From Azolla caroliniana (Eukaryota; Plantae; Polypodiophyta), in contig JBHGNT010000009.1 in the NCBI GenBank assembly GCA_043228905.1, positions 13,516,001 to 13,580,000 of the forward strand: a stretch of DNA of 64,000 nt. The letters run 5' to 3'. Positions within the stretch are counted from its first letter, which is position 1. Each line of letters begins with the position of its first letter. The notes beneath the pieces were generated by a model. The model saw nothing but the letters and a program-made list of their open reading frames with translations, searched no databases and had not been told where the DNA came from. Positions 22,018-34,445 of this stretch are shown piece by piece. The position numbers and the translations under genes were made by a program.

Positions 22018-24185
22018 CCGTTACGAATTAAACAAATCTTTGATTGCCAAGACTCTTGATTCACATGAAGGCTGTTCCATTATCAAACACCTTGGTCTCC
22101 ATCCGAGATGATGTGATACAAAGTTTTCCTAAGATAAGAGGATGCGACGCCGATTCTTGCACAAAGAAGTGTTGATCCATCTCCACATCCCCGATCGTGA
22201 CTTTAACATTGGGACAAGCTACGTACAAGTCCTCTGTAGACCTTGTTGCCGCTCGAATCTTCCATCCGTGGTTTGTATTGATTGGCCATCTTCCTTTTTT
22301 GTAGAACTTGGTTGACATGAGGTTGATCTCCGAGCCATGGTCGATCAAGGCTACCACGGTCTCTTTCTTCTCCCCGATCTTCATCGGCGTCTCCGTTGTC
22401 ACTCGTGCCCAATGAGGTCAAGTATAGTGGCTGTCCACCATATCTTCATCGACTTTGTCTCTTGCCATCATTATGGCATTTGTTTTTGCTCTTTGTGGCT
22501 TCTCTTCTTTTTACAAGGTCCATGATCGTGTCATGGAATTCCTTCATAATGCCGAGTAGTTCCCTCAAGGACAAAGTCACGTGGCTATCAATAACGCATT
22601 CCTCGAGAATCTTCTTCAGGTATGTCGTCTGCTCTATGTCCGACCTTAGCTTATAGGTAGGCATAGTCCTTGTCTTTCGAGCGGGGTCTTCGACACCAAT
22701 CTTCACGGGCCGAACCGTTTCTTCGACTCGTTTGCTCGACTCCTCTTTTTGGCTAGCGTCTCCTTCCTCCATTTGTAAAGATTGACTCGTTTCTGCATCT
22801 TCTTTCTTTTTCGCATTTCTTGTTTCATGTCTTTTTTATGGGCCTTGCTCTTCTATTCTTTTTCTCTTTTCGTCGACGAACACCTCGTGGTTGTCGCACA
22901 TCATTTTCATGAGTATGGTGTTGTCATCCACTGGATCCGACCACTCAGTTATGCTTTGCATGCTTTGGTCCACAAGCTCTACCTCGTTCGATGTGACCTT
23001 CCCCATCTTCTCATACTCGAGAACAGAAGACCAAAACTTTGCTCCCACTTTTGCAACTTCATTTTTGTCTTTCCTGACTCTTATTCCAGCCATTGCAGCA
23101 TTGTGCATCGCATCCACATGAGTCGCCTTAGCATCTTCCATAGATTTCTTCACTCCCCCTCTTCCGAAATTCACCTGTAGGGGTCTTCGAGTTTCAATCG
23201 AACAGATCATGTCGTCATCCATGTATACGATATTTTATCGGATCGCCTCTCTAAGGCTCACGCAATCCCTTCTCATGTGGTCCATGTTATCGCACCACAC
23301 GCATCTAAAGGGTTCTTTTCCTTTGGGGCCCCGACGATTCATGTTGGCTAGCGTGACCATCTCGAACTTCTTCACTAGCTCTTCGATGATGTCGTCCTCA
23401 ATCTTCTTTTCTTCCGGGCTACTTTCTTTGGGCGGCTCAACTACTTTCAATTGTCTTGTTTTCTCCCCGATAGTCGATCCTGCCAAGTCGGTGTCATCAA
23501 CCCATTGACGACGCTTGTCGAGCCTATTGCATGCTCGCTTCAACGCAACCCAATCCACCACAAGCCCATTCGCTTGGGGAGTACCCAGTTCTCGTCTATC
23601 CTTTATATCCATAGCCTTTAGGAAGTACAAAGTTTATTCCTCATCAAGTAGCACTCGGTCTGTGGCGGGGAGATGACGAAACATTTGGTCGAACTCCTCG
23701 TACACCCTCGAAGCGCTCATCTTCTTATTCTTCTTTTCTATCCACTTCATCAAGGTATGTTGAGTCATCCTCGACAAATGTTCCATCGCAAACTCTGCTA
23801 ATATCACTTTCTCGAACTCCGACCACGTTGTCTTCCCTTCTTGAAGCTCGATGACGCGTCTTTGGATGTTATTCGCAACCACTCTCTTGAAAATTGTGAT
23901 TTGACGTGCTTCAGACACGTCCCTCTAATTCATCTCTCTTTTGTATGCATCAAGGAACTTCGTAATGTTCCTTCCGTCAAATGGACCCTCGAGGTCAACA
24001 ACACAGTTAACAGCCTTCTCCACGCTCGCATCGTTGTCTCGAGATCTCATCATTTGTTCGACGATCAACATCATCCTTTCGAACTCTCCCGCTTGCTTGC
24101 TTGAGGATGCCATCTCCAAGTATCGGTTCATCCTCGATTTGATCCTTCCTGCCCACTCTTCCACGTCGGGTTCACCGCTTAATTA

Positions 24186-25634
24186 TGTCATGAAGATCCG
24201 TCACTAGGCACGGATCGTGAGGCGGAACCACCGGGGTTCTGGACCGGAAGGATTCAAAGTTTGCACTAACTTTAGCAAGAAAGGATTTAAGATAGATTAA
24301 AAGAGAGATTTAAACGCTTGACTTTGGGTCGAGAGAGATTGATATGACATGAGAGAGATTAACATTGGACCCTTGACTTTGGATTTAAGAAATGAGATAC
24401 ACCATCACTTGGAGAACGAATTTTCTTCTTCTTAAATTCTTGAATAATACATAGCATCCTTTTGATCTTTTTCATCCACCCTTTTATAGATGCTCCCAAG
24501 CATATGATGCATGTGAAGGTACAAGACATGCATACAATGCATGGAATGCATGTGATGTCACTCAATCAAGCTCTATTATGAGAATTTACATGCAAAAATA
24601 TAATCCCTAAAGAAATGATTTGGCTTAATGGTAAGCCTATTGCTTCCTATCTTGGAGGTGTAAAGTTCGAGTCTTGCTTACATCCTTTTCTTTTATGCAC
24701 AAAATACTATTAGGATTTTAGACCAAATATCTTTAAGACACCATGCACCGTGATCAACCAACCCGATCGATCTGTCCGATTTGCATCCGTTTGGTCTGGC
24801 CCAGTCTGCGTCCTGATTCGGTTCGGTTTGCATCCCGAGTCGCTTGCCGGTCACTGCCAAGTCGTCGATCGCCGATCACTAGTCACCTCGTTCCTTGCAC
24901 AAAATACTATTAGGATTCTGGTCTGGCCCAGTCTGCATCCTGATTCGGTTCGGTCTGCATCCCGAGTCGCTTGCCGGTCACTGCCAAGTCGTTGATCACC
25001 GATCACTAGTCACCTCGTTCCTTGCACAAAATACTATTAGGCTTTTGGTCCGGCCCAGTCTGCATCCTGATTCGGTTCGGTTTGCATCCCGAGTCGCTTG
25101 CCGGTCACTGCCAAGTCGTCGATCGCCGATCACTAGTCACCTTGTTGCTTGCACAAAATACTATTAGGCTTTTGGACCAAATATCTTAAAGACACCATGC
25201 ACCGCAATCAACCAACCCGACTGATCCATCCGATTTGCATCTGTTTGGTCTGGCCCAGTCCGCATCCCGATCCGGTTCGGTCTGCATCCCGAGTCGCTTG
25301 CCGGTCACCGGTCACCTCTTTTCTTGCTGGTCACCGCTAGCTCACCTAAACCGGCGAGCCAGCGAGCCCTCACTGGTTCTGTCGCCGGTTGCCGCCAGTT
25401 TTGGTTGGCCAAAGCTTTTACAAGTAGTTAGGCCACACCCACTCATTCAATTAGCTTAGTTCAAGTCCCCTTGAACTCTCTATGCTCCACACATAGACAC
25501 AAAGGTAATAGATTTTGCTCTGCCTTATATATGGTGAGATCCTTATTTGTCCTGTCTATGTGGGATATCTCACAGTTTTATCTTTCTCTTTTCCTTTGCA
25601 AACTTCCTACCCCCATACCTTGAGACTTAGATGT
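24186..25634 (-). repeat. 5' LTR of P2 with an internal tandem module expansion; outer ~185 bp deleted
   Basis: Aligns to 17402-18334. Module GGTCTGGCCCAGTC... recurs at 24793, 24920, 25047 and 25247. Confidence 0.88.
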
Positions 25635-26075
25635 CAGTGACGGTGATGACTAAATCATCAACATAAAGTAAAATACTAATCAATCCATGTCGACCTTTCC
25701 AGACAAACAATGAGGAATCCGATTTGGAGGTCGCAAACCCCATCCGATGCAGGCGTTGCGTGATCTTCGCGTTCCACGCGTGCGGGGCTTACTTTAGTTC
25801 ATAGAGGGACTTCTTAAGTTAGCATACCGCTGAGGTGTTCTTTCCGTACTGAAATACGGGGGGTTGTACCATGTACACATGCTCCTCAAGTTCTCCTTGT
25901 AGGAACACATTCTTTACATCCATCTGATGTAAATGCCACCCCCTTACCGCGGCTACCACAAGCAGAACACGGGACAATTGTCATCTTCGCGATAGACGCA
26001 AAGGTCTCATCGTAGTCAATGTCGTGTTGTTGTGCGTATCAGGCCTTGTAGCGGTTGACAGAGCTGTCTGTGTTG

Positions 26076-26933
26076 AAGGACAATGGCTTCTCCTGGGTGC
26101 AAATTCGAACTCTTCCAACAACAACATCCATCTAGCCAACTTCCTTGTGAGTGACTATTTGGAGACAAGGTACAAAAAGGCTGCATGATCCAGGTGAAAC
26201 ACGAACTTCCGGCCCAGTAGGCAGTGTCAAATTTTTTTGATGCTATAGATCATACCTAGGGCTTCCCGTTCGGTAGTCGAAAGTTTACGACTCGAATAAT
26301 AGACCGTTTGATACGTGTTTGGCTCAGTTAGTTGCATGAGAGCACTGTTGATTGCAATGTCCAAAGTGTCGAAAAACACATGGAACAACTGCGTCCAGTC
26401 CGGCGGTTGGACAACTAGTTCTTGTGTTCACATAACCTTTGGGTCCATGTATGCTTTCTCCTCTATCCGCGTATAGAGGTGTCGCAAAATCAGCCAGGTA
26501 GCGCAACATCCCACTATGCCACCAGATCTGTCAAAGGAAGGGACTTAGGGCTATGGCATTTTTCAGGGCTGGTGCTTCGATCATCGCCTTGATTTTCCCC
26601 GGGTCGAGCGCAATGCCTTCACTACTTACTATGTGTTCGAGGAGTGAGCCACTCATAAAGCCGAACACACACTTTGCTAGATTGAGTCTAAGCCTCGCTA
26701 AATGGCACCATTCCAAACATAAGCGTCGATGCCAGAGATGTTCGTTGCATGCGTTGTAAGCCGCGAAGTCATCGAGGAAGACCTTCATAAAGGCGGGTAT
26801 GTACTCCCCGAAAATTTCCGTGATGAAGCGTTGGAATGTTGCCGGCGCCATTTTGAGCCCGAACATCATCACAACTGCTACAAACACTCTCCAATCCGTT
26901 ACAAACGCCGTCTTCTCCTGGTCGTCTGGGTGC
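26076..26933 (-). pseudogene. LTR-less Gypsy RT-RNase H fragment related to element B, embedded in Copia C-c
   Basis: HPDDQEKTAFVTDWRVFVAVVMMFGLKMAPATFQR...FLDD closely parallels B (12060-11150). Copia sequence flanks both sides. Confidence 0.88.
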
Positions 26934-29112
26934 GTAGTGATGCGCCATGGACTTATTGTATCCATACTGTTTTACGGGGATATTTTGGCAGGTTGACTGA
27001 TGCAATTTTTTGGCATCCGGTTTGAGGTCCTCTTGGCTGGTTCAGACTTCGTTTCTGAAGTTTCTCCTTCATCCTTTCTAGACTCAGATTCGCTCCTATC
27101 TCACCCTTCACTAACGGTGTCATATCCCAAAATCTTCTTCTTCCCCTTCTCTTTGCACGTGAACCCTCTCCTCGGTTTCTTGCGTGGGGAGAGCACGACA
27201 AAGTCTCCACTATTCGTCGATTCTTCATCAAACTAGTCATTCTGACTCAGTCCATCGTTTGGCCCACTTAGCCGAAACGGAATCGGACTCTCTTCTAGAG
27301 TAAAAAATTACTCATCTTCTACCTGAACCTCTCCTGGTTCACTAGCCTCATCTTCCAGAATTGGGTCTTCGTCGGGAGTTGGAGTCGGTAGAGCATACCA
27401 TGATGCAGACTCATCAAACTCGACACCTCGACTTACTCGAACCTATTTAATCTGGGGGTTATAACACCTATACCCCTTCTGTTCATGCAAGTAGCCGACG
27501 AATATGCACTTCTCCGACTTCGGATGCAGCTTCCTCCGCTTCTCATTCGGTACATGCACATATGCTATGCTACCGAATATCCGGTTTTGGATGTAGATGG
27601 CCATCTAGACAGCCTGAGCCCAATAGAACCTAGGCATATTTTTCTCCTCCTGCATTGCCCTTGCCGCTCGATAATCGACCGAGTCTTTCTCTCGGCCACA
27701 CCATTTTGTTTCAGTGTGTATCGGCAGCTGAATTCTCTCCATATTCCTTTTGGCTATAGATAATTGTTGAATTGGTCGAAAAAGTATTCTTTTCTGCCAT
27801 CCGACCACAGGCACTTGATCTTTCTTTCTGTTTCCCTCTCGACTAGTCTTTGTAGATTCCGGAAACAATCGAAGACTTCACTTTTCCTATCAATGAGGTA
27901 GATCCATTTGTGCCGGTTGTAGTTGTCGATGAAGGAGACGAAATACCAACTCCTGCCAAGACTAACGTTCTATGCTAGTCCCTATACATGAAAATGGATT
28001 AAGTCGAACTTTTTACAGATCCGGTTTTGTTCGTTGGGGAATGGAAGCCAGTGTTGCTTCCAGAGTTGGCAGGCTTCACAGATTTGGGCCTTCTAGCCAC
28101 TAAATTTCGGCAATCCGAGAACAACCTGTTTCGATTGTAGGTCTTGAATCATCCATTAGTTGACGTGGCCGATCCGCTTTTGCCAAAGATCGATGTACAA
28201 TTCAGTCTTCTATCATTTGGCAAACAAGGCGGTGCCTACGTCATTGGTCTTGAGGATGAACATCCTCCCGTCTCTGCGCCCTTGCATGATTATCCGGCCC
28301 TCTTCCTCGATGAAGCACTCGAGGTGTGTAAACCATACCATCATTACCTGGTTAAGGATTTGTCCAACCCACACCAGGTTCTTTGTGATTTTCGGAACAT
28401 GAAGTACGTTCATCAACTTTCCCTTTTGTCCGACATGGCTTAAAGGAACTTCTCCGACATGCACAATCGGGTGAGGGGTGTCTTCTCTAGTTTCGACAAT
28501 TCCCGGTTGTTCCAGTTTCTCCAAAAACGAGAACCACTCTTCATGGCTCTTCATGTGATTAGATGCTCCGGGATCACCATCCCACACTTCCTCTGATCCG
28601 GAAGTGGTGTTCTTCATCAAGTTCTCCTTGTGCTTCATCCCGAAGGTGGGCCCTTTACTAGTCTACTTGGTTCCGGATCCTTCTAATTCTTCTGCATAGT
28701 GCGAGCTTTGCCGGTTTCCCAGTCTGGGCTTGCCAGATCCGGATTGTTCCGAATCGGAGCGCTTCTTCCAACACTTGCTTTCTCTGTGGCCTTTCTTGCC
28801 ACAATACCAACATTCCGTGTTGGCTTTCCCTTGCCGGTTTCCAGCGCCATTTTGACTCCCCCTACTCGTGGAGGGTTCGGAACTACTGTCGGCACTGTCT
28901 CAGTGCCTTCGATTCTGCTAGTGCCAGCCGCCTCTATTGCATGCCGACCCACCTCGTCCTCCACGCCCATAGAGCTGGTCCGCCTCCATGTACAACATTT
29001 AATTCTCCGGTTGAGTGGTCCTCGACCCACTCACGTGGTTTTGTTCGACCATCAGCATCAAAGAAGGACGTGTTGGGAGACAAGTCCCTCCGGATGGGAA
29101 GGGAGAAGAACA

Positions 29113-29540
29113 GTGAGGAGTACCCGGCTACGGAGAGCCAGATGGTGCAGACCCGGTGTGAACCGGATGAGGAGTACCCGGCTACGGAGAGTCGGATGAT
29201 GCAGACCCGGTGTGAACCGGATGAGGAGTACCCGGCTACGGAGAGTCGGATGATGCAGACCCGGTGTGAACCGGATGAGGAGTACCCGGCTACAGAGAGC
29301 CGGATAGTGCAGACCCGGTATGAACCGGATGAGGAGTACCCAACTACGGAGAGCCGGATGATGCAGACCCGGTATGAACCGGATGAGGAGTACCTGGCTA
29401 CGGAGAGCCGGATGATGCAGACCCGGTGTGAACCGGATGAGGAGTACCCGGCTACGGAGAGCCGGATGTTGCAGACCCGGTATGAACCGGATGAGGAGTA
29501 CCCAACTACGGAGAGCCGGATGATACAGACGCGGTGAAGA
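29113..29540 (+). repeat. 54-bp tandem array (8 units) in U3 of the F 5' LTR
   Basis: Unit GAACCGGATGAGGAGTACCCGGCTACGGAGAGCCGGATGATGCAGACCCGGTGT. Confidence 0.95.
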
Positions 29541-30043
29541 ACCAGAGGAAGAGACATATTCGTAAATATGTTTTTGAGAGCCTATCGAGGCTATATTTGT
29601 AAATAGTTGAAAAGTCATATTAGTATAAATATGACTTAAGGCAAATATGTGGTTATGTAGTTGTTCATTTTCTTGTTGGTGCAAGAAAAGAGAGTGTGTG
29701 TGTAATTGTACAGAGAGAGAGAGAGAGAGAGAGAGAAAGAGGTGGTTGCCTCTGTTGTAACCGCCGCCTGTGGCGAAGATTTGTGAGCACGAGGTCGGTG
29801 CCTAAGTGAACTCACTGTTGTATATTCTTACATAGTGACAGTTTGCAGCCTGTGGGCTGCCGTGGTTTTTTCCCCTAGCTTGGGGTTTTCCACGTAAACC
29901 TCCTGTGTATCTTCCTCTTCTTCATGTCGTGTTTTATTTCCCGTTTTTTGTGTATCATTCTAAGCTCGGTTGTAGCCGAGCGTTGCGCATAAGGAACGAC
30001 CAGTTCCCGACAAGTGGTATCAGAGCGAAATCAACAAAGAAAT

Positions 30044-33000
30044 ATGGATGAATCGTTTGGCGGCATGTTCAAGCTCACCGGCTCCAACTATTCGGTATGG
30101 AAGTCGAAGATGAGGGACATGCTCGTGGTTAAAGACCTCTGGCTGCCGGTTCAGTTCGGGGACAAGAGACCGGACAAAATCAACGCCGCGATATGGGAGG
30201 TGATGCACATGAAGACAATGGCGTACATACGGTGCTTTATCGACATGAGCCTGTACAACAACTTCAATGAAGAGAGCAAGGCTCATGAGCTCTGGGAGAA
30301 GATCGACATAATGTTTCAGAACAAAAATGTTGTTAATCAGGTGTCGGTATTCCGGAAGCTACTAAGACTCTAATACCAAGATGGCTCCAGCATGGCGGAG
30401 CACATGAATGCCTTCCAGGGGCTGATCCACCAGGCAACTTCATTGGAAGTACCTCTTGCCGATGAGGTACTAGCGCTACTCCTACTCGATTCCCTCCCGG
30501 ATAGCTGGGAGACGTTGTTTGTCACTTTGGGCAACGCCGGGCCGGAAGGAAAACGGTTATCCCTAGCAAGAGTAAAGTCGAGCTTGCTAGATGAGGAGGC
30601 GCGTCGGAAAGATAAAGATACAAGCTCCGACTCCAAAGCGCTCCTTACCGAATCGGAACCCGGAAGACATAGAAACCGTAGTTCCGAGAACCTGGAGAAG
30701 TCGGGGACACGGTCAAAGTCAAGGGGGAGGCCCACTTGCTTCTATTGCAGCAAGCCGGGTCACTTCCAAAAGAACTGTCGGCGTTTCTATAAAGACAAGG
30801 AAACCAACAGTACCGATTCGAAGCGGACCCCGGACCGGAACGGTAAAGACCGGCAGGGGACGGACCGGAAGGGAATGATGGCAATCGCGGCAAGTGAAGA
30901 AGAGTTGATGCTCATCACCGAGGAGAGTTAGATAAACCTTGCCGGCGACGAGATGACCTGGGTGGTAGACTCTGGAGCGTCGTTCCACCTTACCCCGGAC
31001 CGGAAATGCTTCTCATCCTACTCAGCCGGTGATCACGGCTGTGTCCGGATGGGGAATGAAGGTACATGCCGAATTGTCGGCATAGGAGACGTGTGGCTGT
31101 CGACACCAACCAGATACAAGTTGCTGCTGAAGGATGTTCGACACGTTCTGGAGGTTCGTCTGAACCTGATATCAGCCGGTCGGCTAGATGATGAAGGCTG
31201 CACGGGTAGCATCCGGAACGGTGTCATGAAGTTCAGCAAAGGGAGCCTGATTGTGGCTCGGGCCCAGAAGGTCAACACTCTGTACCTGATGAATGCCCGA
31301 TTATGCCCGGAAGAAGTGAACGTGGCATCCGACACTGCCGGTGAGCTGTGGCACAAGAGGCTGTGTCACATGAGCGAGAAGGGGATGAAGAGGCTTGCAG
31401 ACGACAACCTCATTCCAGTGAAGAACGTGCACTTGGAGAAGTGCATTGATTGTTTGGCCGGTAAGCAAAACCGGACCTCCTTCCGACCGAGGCCACCGAT
31501 GAGACGTAATGCACCACTGGAGTTGGTGCATACGGATGTCTGTCAGGTAGACACGAAGTCACATGCCGGAGCGCAGTACTTCGTGACCTTCATAGATGAC
31601 CACAGCTGGAAGCTGTGGGCCACACCGTTGAAGACGAAGGATCAGGTGTTATCCGTCTTCAAAGAGCTCCACGTGAGAGTGGAAAGAGAAACTGGCCGGA
31701 AGTTGAAGGCGGTTCGAGCAGACAACAGAGGAGAATACCGGGGGCAGTTCGAGGAGTACTGCCGCTCGAAGGGAATCCGGCTCGAATTTACCGTGTCGAA
31801 TACGCCGGAACTAAACGGACTGGCCGAGAGGATGAACCGGACCATAATGGAGAGGGTCCGGAGTATGCTAGCGCATGCAAAACTACCCAAGAAGTTTTGG
31901 GCTGAGGCACTGTCGACAGCAACATACGTGATAAACAGATCACCCTCAGTACCCTTGGACGGAGACACGCCACAGAGAGTATGGACCAGTAAGGAAGTGT
32001 CCTACCGGCATCTAAAGGTGTTCGGGTGTCTCGCGTACGTGCATGTAGCTAAGGACCGGAGAGGAAAGCTAGATCCAAAGACCCGGCCATGCATATTCCT
32101 CGGTTACGGTGACGATGAGTTCGGCTACCGAGTGTGGGACCTTGTCGACAAGAAGGTATTCCGGAGTCGAGATATTATCTTCATTCGAGAACAAGACGCT
32201 CGTTGACTGGGAGTCGGAGAAGAAGATAATGAACTCCGAGTCGACCGTTAAGGATCAACTCTACAATGAGCAAACCCAACCGGCAAGAGACTGGTTAGCA
32301 CTCGAGGGACCAACCGGTTACAGTGAGGATATCGAAGAGGCTAAAGAAGAAGTAGAGGAAGTTGAAACCGGAACCGGCCAAGACCCCGAATCGGATTCGG
32401 ATGAAGAGCAGATGGATGAGCCGGTCACCGAAGCCCAGAGATGGAGATATCCTCTCAGAGAGAGAAGGGCCCCCCGGAGATTTCCGGAAGCAGAGCAAGT
32501 TCTGCTGACCGATGAGGGGAGCCTGAAAGCTTCGAAGAAGCGAAGGAAGGCACCCACAGCCAAAAATGGTTAAGTGCCATGCAGGATGAGATGGATTCCC
32601 TGCATGAGAACCATACGTACGAATTGGTGGAGTTGCCAAAAGGAAAGCGAGCACTCCGAAACAAGTGGGTGTACAAGTCGAAACCGGGAGATGCCGGCAA
32701 CCCCCCGAGATACAAAGCCAGGATCGTGGTGAAGGGGTTCCAACAGAAGAAGGGCGTGGACTTCGACGAGATATTTGCCCCGGTAGTAAAGATGACCTCC
32801 ATCCGGACGGTGCTGAGTATAGCGGCAAGCATGGACCTCGAGGTAGAGCAGCTAGACGTGAAGATGGCATTCCTTGACGGTGACCTCGAAGAAGAGATCT
32901 ACATGTAGCAACCGGAAGGATTCGTGGAGAAAGGGAAGGAGCACCTGGTATGCCGGTTGAAGAAGAGCCTGTACGGACTGAAGCAGGCTCCCCGGCAATG

Positions 33001-34088
33001 GTACCGGAAGTTCGACTCCTTCATGACCGATCAACGGTACCACAAGACGTAGGCCGATCACTGCGTGTTTGTGAAGAGGTTCGAAGGAGGGGACTTCTTG
33101 ATACTCCTCCTATACGTGGATGACATGTTGATCGTCGGACGTGACCAAGTCAAAATACGGATGCTGAAGAAGGCTCTCAACCGGACCTTCTCAATGAAAG
33201 ACTTGGGTCCGGCAAGACAAATGCTGGGGATGCACATCATTCGGGACCGGTCAAAGAAGCAATTATGGCTGTCACAGGAGAGTACGTGACAAAGGTGCTT
33301 CACCGGTTCAACATGTCAGATGCAAAACCGGTCGGATCGACACTTTCGGCAAACTGCAAGCTATCCAGTAAGCAAAGCCCGAAGACGAAAGTAGAGAAGG
33401 CGGATATGATGAAGATACCATATGCCTCTGTCGTCGGGAGCTTGATGTACGCAATGGTTTGTACCCGACCGGACATTGGATACGCAGTCGGAGTGGTGAG
33501 CCGGTGTACGAGCAACCCCGGCAAGGAGCACTGGAACGCGGTCAAATGGATACTCTGGTATTTGAAGGGCACTTCAAATATGTGTCTCCGATTCGGCTCC
33601 GGAAAACCTCAACTTGACGGTTTCACCGATTCGGACATGTTGGCTGATGTGGATACCAGCCAGTCTACATCCGGGTATGTAATGACATATGCAGGGGGAG
33701 CTGTTTCATGGCAGTCGAGGCTGCAGAAGACGGTTGCATTATCAACCACAAAGGTGGAGTACATGGCGGTTGTGGAAGCCGGCAAGGAAATATTATGGAT
33801 GAAGGACTTCATCGGAGAGCTCGGTATCTGGCAAGATGAATACCGACTCTATTACGACAGTCAAAGTGCCATCCACCTTGCTAAGAATGCGGCTACCATT
33901 CCCGGACGAAGCATATCCAGCGGAGGTATCACTGGATCCGGGAAAGAGTAGATGACTAGGAGTTCACGTTGATGAAGATCCACACGGCCGAGAACCGGTC
34001 AGATATGCTGACCAAAGTGCTGATACCCGACAAGCTGGATGCATGCCGGAAGAGAATCAGACTGGTAAGACACCCCATGCCAGAGTGA
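30044..34088 (+). pseudogene. gag-pol of F with several stops and frameshifts
   Basis: CCHC knuckle, WVVDSGAS, HTDV...FIDD, YKARIVVKGF, LLYVDDML, RH fragments. Confidence 0.93.
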
Positions 34089-34140
34089 AGGGGGAGTTTG
34101 TTGGGAGACAAGTCCCTCCGGATGGGAAGGGAGAAGAACA

Positions 34141-34445
34141 GTGAGGAGTACCCGGCTACGGAGAGCCGGATGGTGCAGACCAGGTGTGAACCGGATGAGG
34201 AATACTCGACTACGGAGAGCCGGATGATGCAGACCCGGTGTGAACCGGATGAGGAGTACCCGGCTACGGAGAGCCGGATGGTGCAGACCCGGTATGAACC
34301 GGATGAGGAGTACCCGGTTACGGAGAGCCGGATGATGCAGACCCGGTGTGAACCAGATGAGGAGTACCCGAATGGTGCAGACCCGGTATGAACCGGATGA
34401 GGAGTACCCAGCTACGGAGAGCCGGATGATACAGACCCGGTGAAG
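34141..34445 (+). repeat. 54-bp tandem array (6 units, one truncated) in U3 of the F 3' LTR
   Basis: Same unit as 29113-29540. Confidence 0.93.

Larger units (their letters stand above)
17402..25634 (-). mobile_element. Element P2: decayed Phygy-like Ty3/Gypsy element with RT deleted
   Basis: 3' LTR 17402-18518, PPT 18519-18535, IN 18591..19538, RH 19694..20269, deletion junction ~20565, PR 22061..22402 (LIDHGSEINLM), gag to ~24160, tRNA-Trp PBS 24162-24176, 5' LTR 24186-25634 (truncated). Confidence 0.9.

Noticed and set aside
29113-29540. CRISPR-like array, or a repeat-protein gene (ORFs 28941..29537, 28934..29557, 29058..29684)
   Set aside because: The units are contiguous with no unique spacers and there are no cas genes. 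The array lies in U3 of both LTRs, and the ORFs are a by-product of a 54-bp (multiple of 3) period.
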